A stretch of 64,000 nucleotides of DNA from Macrostomum lignano (lineage: Eukaryota), in the NCBI GenBank assembly GCA_002269645.1, contig NIVC01003262.1, forward strand, positions 1-64,000, read 5' to 3'. Under the pieces are notes generated by a model. It had not been told where the DNA came from. It saw only the letters and a program-made list of their open reading frames with translations, and did not search any database. Below are positions 22,873-33,574 of this stretch, in pieces. How positions within the stretch are numbered: position 1 is the first letter of the stretch; each line of letters begins with the position of its first letter. A program made the position numbers and the translations under genes.

Positions 22873-24178
22873 CGAGGGGCACTAGATAAGTTTTTAGCTG
22901 CGGTCAAACCGTTTATTCAAATTAGGCCATATTTTCTGAGCATATTGAATAAGAAGTTTTATCATGGTCCCCAAAGTTTCATGCACCTAATTGTCACCAT
23001 TCTCTCACTGTCGCATTTTATCTCAACAAGGTCTGTGACTCTTTCAGCACTGTAATGGAGCTCAATCGTGAACACTTTTGTGCCATGATTTTCTACGATT
23101 TTAAGAGCGGCTTGACATTTCACCAGTGCCACGAGCGGCTGTCTGCTGCCTTTCCTAACCTTGCGCCATCCATCGCCACCGTCACCGCCTGGTTCCGGGA
23201 GTTCAAGCGTGGCCGAGACAGCTTGGAAGACGAAGGTCGAACCGGCCGACCTGTTTCAGTGACGACACCTGAAACTATCGACCGCGTGCGGCGCATGATT
23301 GAGGCTGATCGGCGAGTGACGTATCAAACAATTGAGGCATGTCTTGGAATCTCATCGCCGACAGTCGCTTCTATCCTTCGTGATCACCTCGCTGTCCGCA
23401 AGCTGACCAGTCGCTGGGTGCCGCATTTGCTCACCACCGAGCAGAAGCAGGCCCGCATGAGCTAGTGCCAGGAAATGCTGGACAGGTTTGGCGGAGGGAC
23501 GTCGAAGTCTGTCACAGACATTGTCACATGTGACGAAACGTGGGTGTATTGCTACGAACCCGAGCGGAAATGCCAGTCGCGTGTGTGGGCTTTTGAAGAT
23601 GAAGCCCCGCCGACCAAGGTTGTCAGGGGTCGGAGCACTGGCAAGCAAATGGTGGCAACTTTCTTCCGAAAGACTGGCCACATTGCGACTGTAGCACTCG
23701 AGAGCCAGCGCACAGTGACTGCAGATTGGTACTGCACCGTCTGCCTGCCACGTGTCATCAGCAGCCTTAAAGAGGCGCGGCCAAAGTGCGGCGTTCGAGG
23801 TCTCTGGCTGCACCAGGACAATGCCAGTGCGCACACTGGCGAATCGAACTCGAGAGTTTCTACAGACGGTGGGCTTCCAGCAGCTCAGTCATCCACCATA
23901 TTCACCTGACCTGGCACCGTGTGACTTTTTTTATTTCCATTCATCAAGAATTCCATGCGAGGGTGCCGATTTTCCTCCGCCGAAGAGGCTGTTGATGCCT
24001 ATAGATCGGCCGTTGAGGGGGTATCCCACTCAGAGTGGCGCCACTGCTTTGAAACTTGGTTTGAGCGGATGAGGCGGTGCATCCAAGCTGATGGAGAGTA
24101 CTTTGAAAAGCTCTGAAAGTTTCATCTTTATAACTGTTACATGTCGACCGCAGCTAGAAACTTATCTAGTGCCCCTCG
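22873..24178 (+). mobile_element. Full-length mariner element (1306 bp) with inactivated transposase (23055-24116)
   Basis: 33-bp TIRs (CGAGGGGCACTAGATAAGTTT[T/C]TAGCTGCGGTC, 1 mismatch); TA TSD at 22871-72 and 24179-80; motifs WVPHLLT, VTCDETW, HQDNASAH, YSPDLAPCDF; nonsense TAG at 23463-65 and two frameshifts near 23840 and 23930. Confidence 0.95.
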
Positions 24179-24898
24179 TATAATTACTGGATAGATTTTC
24201 CATTTGCAACTTAGTATAATAGAAAGTTTTTAGTCATGAACATTGTTAAAAAATGCAATCAAATTATAATGCAAAAATTAGTTGAACAGTTTTTAAAGAG
24301 ATTTGAATTTTCTATACATACATGCGCAACCTCCAAAATTCGGTCAGCCGTGCGACTTAGTTTTAACAAAAATGCGACGTAGTTTTTGGCCAAAAATGCA
24401 ACTTACATGTAAAAAACCCTAAAGCAAAATTAACGCAACTTTGGGTAAACAGCAGGAGTAACTATAACAGTATTATTAAGCCAAAATGCCTCGTCAGCTA
24501 CTTAGTACTACTACTTTGGTATTTTTTCGGGTGGGCATTTTTGCGACTTCCTTGGTTGGCCACCAAATTGGTCGGCCGGATTGGCCGACTCGGCCGACTG
24601 TTGCACATGTATGTTTCTATACAAAGTAAGAAAGTCAGTTTTAATATATAGAATTGTCAAGATTGAGACTTTATGATGTCCCTTCTCTCTTCTCTGCTTT
24701 CTTATCTCTCCTCTGCTTTTTTATCTTTTATCTGCTTTCTATACTCTCATTTTATCTCTATGCTCTTCTTTTTTCTCACTATATTGTCTTTCTACTCTCT
24801 TCTATTTCCTCTCTTATATTTCTTGTTTTTTCTTTTTGCTCTTTTTTCTCCTCCTCTCTTATCTTTCATCTTTACTCTCTTATCTATTGTCTTTCCAT

Positions 24899-25152
24899 CA
24901 GTGGTGGATCCAGAGTTTCATTTTGGGGGGGCGGTCCAAGTTTGGGGCGCCAACACGAGTGTAAGGGGCGCCAATTTTTAAGCTAGGGGGCGCAAAAAAT
25001 GCGCGTAGGGGGCAAAAAATCAAGCTTAGGGGCACTAAAAAGTCATTTGGGGGCGCAAATTTAGGTTTTTTGGGGGGCGCAATATGTTTGGTTAAGCTAT
25101 TTTGGGGGGGGGGGGGGGGGCCGCCCCCGCCCTCCCCCTAAATCCGCCCCTG
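24899..25152. mobile_element. hAT-type MITE with 8-bp TSD
   Basis: CTTTCCAT is duplicated at 24891-24898 and 25153-25160; TIRs CAGTGGTGGATCCAG / CAGGGGCGGATTTAG (reverse complement); a GC-rich insert in a CT-rich background. Confidence 0.8.
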
Positions 25153-26759
25153 CTTTCCATTATCTTTTCCTTCTTTATCTTTCTTCTCTGTACTAACTAA
25201 CTCTTACCTTTTTTCTACTTTCTCCCTTTAATTTTTTCTTATGTTCTTTTATTTAATTTTTTATCCTTTCTTTCTTTTATTCCCTTTTATTTCCTTTTTC
25301 ATTTGGCCTGCATTTTTTATGAGCTAGATTTTCTATCAAGGCTTCAGGGTAAAAAAATTGTCTTAAGTCTACACATAGTAATAGTAACAAGGGTTAAAAG
25401 TTAAAACCTATTAAGCTGGTTGTTTTGGCTTAGATCCTTTAGCATTGTTTAGTAGGCCCCTAGCCCTATTGCCTGAGCCTTGGTCTATGAGAGAATGAGA
25501 AAGTGACCCAAAACCTGAAAAAGCAAATTAACTTTATATGCTTATAGCTTTTATTGTAATGAAACTATAGTCTATAGTATAGAGTTGAGACTTTATATTT
25601 TTAAAAAGAGAATAAGCCAACTAAGAATTATGCCAAGTTTGAATTTTAGCTTTAGGGAACAAGGGATCTTCAAAGCCGAACATACAAGTGACTTTCGTTT
25701 TTACTGTCTCACAGGAAATATAGGCCTATTCCAAGAGTCCACAAAAGTGACATATCATTTGAAAGAAGATATTCTCATCTACAAAATGAGATACAGGTTT
25801 GACAATCTACTTAATAGATATTCGAGAAAATTAGCAATATTGATGGAAATTTTTGAAGAAATATGCGTTTCAAAGTTTTTTTTTTGATTTGGGATGTCTG
25901 TAGAAGAAAATTTGCTCTACAGACGACAATTTTGAACTTACATTCAAAAGGAAACACTTTTTGAATTCAGTGCTAAATTATCTACAAAATAACATAACAC
26001 ACATACCGATCTGATATAAAGTTGAGCAAAAAATGCCATTGTTCGGTTGATGATACTAAATTGCATGTTCGGTTCGGTTTTCAGATCTCAGAATCATCAA
26101 CCGAACAGAAGAATCCTAGAATCCGAACGAACAAAAATGGTCCAAAAAAACTTTTTCGTTTGCTTCTTCTACCTTATATTAAAAAAAATATTTTCTTTAA
26201 AAGAACAACTCATTTAAGCCACGTAATTGTAAATATTTTTTGCTTAAAAATGTACCAATTTTGATCCAAAATACATAAGAGGATTTTTCCATTTTGACAA
26301 AATCTTGCTATTTAATGCTTCTATTTCTACTAACAGTAGCTAAAAGCGACATATAATTCCATATACATTTTCTTTTCAGAATTCCGCAACATAGAAAAGA
26401 AAATCGAATCAACAAGACAGGCCAAGCTGGATGTGCTAGGGCAGACGGCCTAGGCCTAGTGGTTGCTGCCTTACTGTTAAACAATTGAAGAGTAATAGGC
26501 CTAGTAAACGTCTAGTTTAATTTAATTGTAAATAGTAATACGTAAAGCCAAGCCAAGGCACAACAAAAATTTAATAATATGACTAGGCCTAGCCTACAAT
26601 CAAAATACATAATTCAGTATTAAAAAAAGAAACATAGGCTAGGTTATAGGCCTAGGCCATATCATACATCAGAACAGGAAAATTTCAGTGGGAAGGAGAA
26701 CCATAGGCCTACAAGGCGGTGGAGAGTCACCTACTCCCAGATAAATTGATAGACAAATG

Positions 26760-29700
26760 CAGAGGCGCCTTGATACATGTAGATTGATGGACAGAAGCAG
26801 TTAGAGAGGCGCCCTTGATACATGTAGATTGATGGACAGAAGCAGTTAGAGAGGCGCCCTTGATACATGTAGATTGATGGACAGAAGCAGTTAGAGAGGC
26901 GCCCTTGATACATGTAGATTGATGGACAGAAGCAGTTAGAGAGGCGCCCTTGATACATGTAGATTGATGGAAAGCAGTTAGAGAGGCGCCCTTGATACAT
27001 GTAGAATTGATGTACAGAGACAGTTAGAGAGGCGCCCTTGATACATGTAGATTGATGGACAGAAGCAGTTAGAGAGGCGCCCTTGATACATGTAGATTAA
27101 TGTACAGAAGCAGTTAGAGAGGCGCCCTTGATACATGTAGATTGATGGACAGAAGCTGTTAGAGAGGCGCCCTTGATACATGTAGATTGATGGACAGAAG
27201 CAGTTAGAGAGGCGCCCTTGATACATGTAGAGTGATGGACAGAGACAGTTAGAGAGGCGCCCTTGATACATGTAGATTGATGGACAGAAGCAGTTAGAGA
27301 GGCGCCCTTGATACATGTAGATTGATGGAAAGCAGTTAGAGAGGCGCCCTTGATACATGTAGAATTGATGTACAGAAGCAGTTAGAGAGGCGCCCTTGAT
27401 ACATGTAGATTGATGGAAAGCAGTTAGAGAGGCGCCCTTGATACATGTAGAATTGGTGGACAGAGACAGTTAGAGAGGCGCCCTTTGATATATGTAGAAT
27501 TGATGTACAGAAGCAGTTAGAGAGGCGCCCTTGATACATGTAGATTGATGGAAAGCAGTTAGAGAGGCGCCCTTGATACATGTAGAATTGATGGACAGAG
27601 ACAGTTAGAGAGGCGCCCTTGATACATGTAGATTGATGTACAGAAGCAGTTAGAGAGGCGCCCTTGATACATGTAGATTGATGGACAGAAGCTGTTAGAG
27701 AGGCGCCCTTGATACATGTAGATTGATGGACAGAAGCAGTTAGAGAGGCGCCCTTGATACATGTAGAGTGATGGACAGAGACAGTTAGAGAGGCGCCCTT
27801 GATACATGTAGATTGATGGAAAGCAGTTAGAGAGGCGCCCTTGATACATGTAGAATTGGTGGACAGAGACAGTTAGAGAGGCGCCCTTTGATATATGTAG
27901 AATTGATGTACAGAAGCAGTTAGAGAGGCGCCCTTGATACATGTAGATTGATGGAAAGCAGTTAGAGAGGCGCCCTTGATACATGTAGAATTGATGGACA
28001 GAGACAGTTAGAGAGGCGCCCTTGATACATGTAGATTGATGTACAGAAGCAGTTAGAGAGGCGCCCTTGATACATGTAGATTGATGGACAGAAGCTGTTA
28101 GAGAGGCGCCCTTGATACATGTAGATTGATGGACAGAAGCAGTTAGAGAGGCGCCCTTGATACATGTAGAGTGATGGACAGAGACAGTTAGAGAGGCGCC
28201 CTTGATACATGTAGATTGATGGACAGAAGCAGTTAGAGAGGCGCCCTTGATACATGTAGATTGATGGAAAGCAGTTAGAGAGGCGCCCTTGATACATGTA
28301 GATTGATGGAAAGCAGTTAGAGAGGCGCCCTTGATACATGTAGAATTGATGTACAGAGACAGTTAGAGAGGCGCCCTTGATACATGTAGATTGATGGACA
28401 GAAGCAGTTAGAGAGGCGCCCTTGATACATGTAGATTAATGTACAGAAGCAGTTAGAGAGGCGCCCTTGATACATGTAGATTGATGGACAGAAGCTGTTA
28501 GAGAGGCGCCCTTGATACATGTAGATTGATGGACAGAAGCAGTTAGAGAGGCGCCCTTGATACATGTAGAGTGATGGACAGAGACAGTTAGAGAGGCGCC
28601 CTTGATACATGTAGATTGATGGACAGAAGCAGTTAGAGAGGCGCCCTTGATACATGTAGATTGATGGAAAGCAGTTAGAGAGGCGCCCTTGATACATGTA
28701 GAATTGATGTACAGAAGCAGTTAGAGAGGCGCCCTTGATACATGTAGATTGATGGAAAGCAGTTAGAGAGGCGCCCTTGATACATGTAGAATTGGTGGAC
28801 AGAGACAGTTAGAGAGGCGCCCTTTGATATATGTAGAATTGATGTACAGAAGCAGTTAGAGAGGCGCCCTTGATACATGTAGATTGATGGAAAGCAGTTA
28901 GAGAGGCGCCCTTGATACATGTAGAATTGATGGACAGAGACAGTTAGAGAGGCGCCCTTGATACATGTAGATTGATGTACAGAAGCAGTTAGAGAGGCGC
29001 CCTTGATACATGTAGATTGATGGACAGAAGCTGTTAGAGAGGCGCCCTTGATACATGTAGATTGATGGACAGAAGCAGTTAGAGAGGCGCCCTTGATACA
29101 TGTAGAGTGATGGACAGAGACAGTTAGAGAGGCGCCCTTGATACATGTAGATTGATGGACAGAAGCAGTTAGAGAGGCGCCCTTGATACATGTAGATTGA
29201 TGGAAAGCAGTTAGAGAGGCGCCCTTGATACATGTAGAATTGATGTACAGAAGCAGTTAGAGAGGCGCCCTTGATACATGTAGATTGATGGAAAGCAGTT
29301 AGAGAGGCGCCCTTGATACATGTAGAATTGGTGGACAGAGACAGTTAGAGAGGCGCCCTTTGATATATGTAGAATTGATGTACAGAAGCAGTTAGAGAGG
29401 CGCCCTTGATACATGTAGATTGATGGAAAGCAGTTAGAGAGGCGCCCTTGATACATGTAGAATTGATGGACAGAGACAGTTAGAGAGGCGCCCTTAATAC
29501 ATGTAGATTGATGGAAAGCAGTTAGAGAGGCGCCCTTGATACATGTAGATTGATGGAAAGCAGTTAGAGAGGCGCCCTTGATACATGTAGATTGATGGAC
29601 AGAGACAGTTAGAGAGGCGCCCTTTGATATATGTAGAATTGATGTACAGAAGCAGTTAGAGAGGCGCCCTTGATACATGTAGAATTGATGGACAGAGACA

Positions 29701-30190
29701 GTTAGAGAGGCGCCCGTTGATATATGTAGAATTGATGTACAGAAGCAGTTAGAGAGGCGCCCTTGATACATGTAGATTGATGGAAAGCAGTTAGAGAGGC
29801 GCCCTTGATATGTGTAGAATTGATGTACAGAAGCAGTTAGAGAGGCGCCCTTGATACATGTAGATTGATGGAAAGCAGTTAGAGAGGCGCCCTTGATATA
29901 TGTAGAATTGATGTACAGAAGCAGTTAGAGAGGCGCCCTTGATACATGTAGATTGATGGAAAGCAGTTAGAGAGGCGACCTTGATATATGTAGAATTGAT
30001 GTACAGAAGCAGTTAGAGAGGCGCCCTTGATACATGTAGAATTGATGTACAGAAGCAGTTAGAGAGGCGCCCTTGATATATGTAGAATTGATGGACAGCG
30101 ACAGTTAGAGAGGCGCCCTTGATACATGTAGAATTGATGGACAGAGACAGTTAGAGAGGCGCCCTTAAAACATGTAGAGTGATGGACAGG
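26760..30190. repeat. 45-bp satellite (GCAGTTAGAGAGGCGCCCTTGATACATGTAGATTGATGGACAGAA; 42/46-bp variants), about 3.4 kb, with a higher-order duplication
   Basis: Direct inspection; identical translated blocks recur at a 1339-bp offset (26978 vs 28317; 27336 vs 28675). Confidence 0.95.
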
Positions 30191-32545
30191 TAGAGACCGC
30201 TTTAAGCCTGTTTTTGAAGAATGAATGGAAAATAGGTTTGATATTGTAAAAGTTTGATGTACCTTACCTTTAAAGTTTAGTGAAACGTAAGAGAAATTAG
30301 GTAGTTAGGCTAGGCCTTTACTTTCTTGTTAATGCGCTTTCGTTTGATATAGGCCTAACTCGAGAGCTTTGCTACAGCTCTATAGATTTCCAAAATGGCC
30401 TAAGTTATAGGTATAACAAGACCTAAAGAAATACTTAGCCTAGACCTAGTTTAAAAGCTGGCCTGTTGTGGGGAAATCCTACCAATTTTAAGTGTCAACC
30501 TATAGGGGCCTACCTACCTACTTTAAGCTAGAATTTCAAACCAGCCAATGAAAACAAGATCGCGAATTTTTACTCTTCTTGGATGACTAAGGCCTAACAC
30601 AAATTCGCACATTCGCATCCCAAGTTGTTTAGGTGCGAAAATTGTGTGACAGACGTTTCGCGATAAGGGCTGTCTATTAAATATTTCATTTTTACTGGGA
30701 ACCGAAATTAAAATTCGCATTTTTTTAGAAATTCGTTTTAATACGAGTAACAAAGTACGAGGAAAGTCACTCTCAAGGCTCAGATGGAGGTCAAGAAGGA
30801 CCAAGGGTTGAAATAAAAATGGGGGTTGGGCAGCGCAGCACTGGCAAATGACTTGACGCAACGCCTCATTCTTCTCCATTGAAGGCAATGCTCCTGCATA
30901 GACTCATTTGCCAGAAAAAACCTCAATAGGCCATAAGACCTATAGGGCCGAGCGCCTATATAAAATTTGTTAGATGTAGCCCAAGGCTAATGCTGGGCTA
31001 TTGGCACAGATCGAACTAAAGGTTAGGAACTAATTAACAATAAACTAGGGGCATAGGCTACATGTTTTAGGCAGAATGATCAATTGAATATATCATCTAA
31101 CAGACTTACCCGCCTCAGCTTATCCCAGCAGCTGAGGCTGGGCCTATTCTAACTCGTAGAACAAAGAGTCAGGCCTAACTCAGCATTTTCACTCAAATAG
31201 TGGGGCGCCCTATATGTCGCTACGCATATCTTTTGCTCTACTTTTCTTTGGTTAGGCCCTAACTATAACCGTATTGTACTTATATATATGGGGCCTGCCT
31301 ACGATTCGCACATTTCAGCTTGAAAGTATAGAAGCTGCATGGAAGCTAGTTTGTTGACACTGCTGGCCGTTGAGAATCTGCGGTGCAGCTACAACTAATA
31401 ATTCTCTCATATCATGAGCTACTTTTATTAATCCTTAGTGATTTTTATTAGCAGGCTCAAAGCCTAACATTGAATTCGTATTTTAAGTTTGAGCTGGGTA
31501 AATATACTCGTAGTAAACAGCCACACGGGTTGGGTGTGGGGAACTTTGGATGGATGATAGCTGTAGCCTACTCGTACAGTGTGATCATGACCTTCTCGCA
31601 CACGTTATTACCGATCTTTTCGGTACCAATTTTGACGCAATGCAAGTTAAAAGGATGACTCAGTTACGCAATAATCACCTAGGTCTATTCCTGCTCAGGG
31701 TATCACCGCGGCCTGTTGCTTATCGCCTGTCCCGCCCCAGCCAACCTACACTATCGTGATGTTCTTTGGTGCGAGATGGGTAAACTGGACCTAATCTCAG
31801 CTCAGCGGGATACAAAGCTGTCTATAATGGGCTGTCTACACGCAGCGGGAGTTCTCTTGGCGCAACTTAAGGAAAGTGAGAAAATGCAACAAATTTCGTC
31901 ACATTCCCATTTCTAAATATTGTTGAGACTGGAAGTCAAAAACTGAATCGTTCCGTTCGGGGAGACCACTGCGTGACTGCATATATAGCCCTATACTCAG
32001 CAACAGTCAAAAGATCCACCCTCCAAGCGAGATGAAACTTTTCTCACTTACGAGCGTAGGCCTATTGCGACAGTTTCTCACTCACAATTCAACCCTCCAG
32101 TTACGCAACCAAGCCGCCGCGAGGAAGGGAAAGTTGACTGAATCAATAATAAACGTCAGTTGCACAAAATCCTGACAGTTTATTTTTTTGCAATATGCGG
32201 TTAGAATCGCGATGCTTAATAACGCGTGTGGGATAACGCTTGTGCGTGCAGTGTTTGCTCAGGTGACGATATGGCGTCAAAACAATTGAAATGCGGGACC
32301 AATAGAAAACTGGCTCATAACCTGCTCAGTATGTCCCCATTGGTTGGACTGGTTTTGTATAATGGGAGGGATTGAATCGGTGGAATATAAGTGATGATCC
32401 TTAAAACGGAAGCACAAAAACAAACTCCAAACTTGATGGTCGCATCCTTGCTGCTTGCTACATACATCGACTGGCCTATTTCGTCTGCTAATACTCGCAT
32501 AAATCTACATCATAATTAATTTTTGCTTTTTGCTCATTCCATTGA

Positions 32546-33134
32546 CTTGCTCATCTGTACCGCCCCCTATTTCCAATTTCAGGACCTTTGCTTACATTTG
32601 CTTGTATCTTTAATCTCTTGCATTGCTCATCTGTACCGCCCCCTATTTCCAATTTCAGGACCTTTGCTTACATTTGCTTGTATCTTTAATCTCTTGCATT
32701 GCTCATCTGTACCGCCCCCTATTTCCAATTTCAGGACCTTTGCTTACATTTGCTTGTATCTTTAATCTCTTGCATTGCTCATCTGTACCGCCCCCTATTT
32801 CCAATTTCAGGACCTTTGCTTACATTTGCTTGTATCTTTAATCTCTTGCATTGCTCATCTGTACCGCCCCCTATTTCCAATTTCAGGACCTTTGCTTACA
32901 TTTGCTTGTATCTTTAATCTCTTGCATTGCTCATCTGTACCGCCCCTATTTCCAATTTCAGGACCTTTGCTTACATTTGCTTGTATTTTTAATCTCTTGC
33001 ATTGCTCATCTGTACCGCCCCCTATTTCCAATTTCAGGACCTTTGCTTACATTTGCTTGTATCTTTAATCTTTTGCATTGCTCATCTGTACCGCCCCCTA
33101 TTTCCAATTTCAGGACCTTTGCTTACATTTGCTT
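32546..33134. repeat. 76-bp tandem repeat, 8 units
   Basis: ORF starts at 32623, 32699, 32775 and 32851 are 76 bp apart. Confidence 0.95.
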
Positions 33135-33212
33135 GTAAGCAAAGAATAGGCCTATTTTAACGAAAAATGTTAAACAAAAGCAACTAAAAAAAACAAAAAA
33201 CAAAAATTTCAG

Positions 33213-33530
33213 GCCGCGATCGATGACGTTGTTCAGCGCATCCGAAGTGGGCAGGCTGTGAACTACCGGAGCGTGGCAGCTTCCCATGGAGTCGCGGTGA
33301 CAACACTCTACGACAAGGTCCGCTGTCTGCGGGATGGCAAGGAACTGGTGGCCAAGAACACCAACAGACGCTACTTCACCGAGGCGGAGGAGGCAACTTT
33401 CGCAGGTGCTATCATTCAAGCCGCCAAACAGCAAATTCCGGTGACCAGAAAGCAGCTGCTCGAGATGGCCTCAAAAACGCTCCAGAACTGTGCCGGGAAA
33501 GATCGAACAGGTCTTCGTGCCATCAAGGAG
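33213..33530 (+). CDS. Isolated exon encoding a pipsqueak-type HTH followed by a CENP-B/Tc5-type HTH (pogo/Tigger-like transposase N-terminus or derivative)
   Basis: VVQRIRSGQAVNYRSVAASHGVAVTTLYDKV (psq-like) and YFTEAEEATFAGAIIQAAKQQIPVTRKQLLEMA (Tc5/CENP-B HTH-like); acceptor AATTTCAG|GCC at 33212 and donor GAG|GTAGGA at 33531; 106 codons, phase 0/0. No DDE domain seen downstream. Confidence 0.6.
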
Positions 33531-33574
33531 GTAGGAAAAATCCATTTCTCACGCTCATTCTCCCAATTCTTCCA

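Noticed and set aside
26760-30190. CRISPR-like appearance of the 45-bp, 76-bp and 23-bp arrays
   Set aside because: Units are contiguous with no unique spacers, there are no cas genes, and the context is eukaryotic.
30523-32500. Short ORFs between the satellites as upstream exons of the HTH gene
   Set aside because: No domain similarity, and the candidate donor (CTCA|GTATGT near 32330) is phase 1, incompatible with the phase-0 acceptors downstream.
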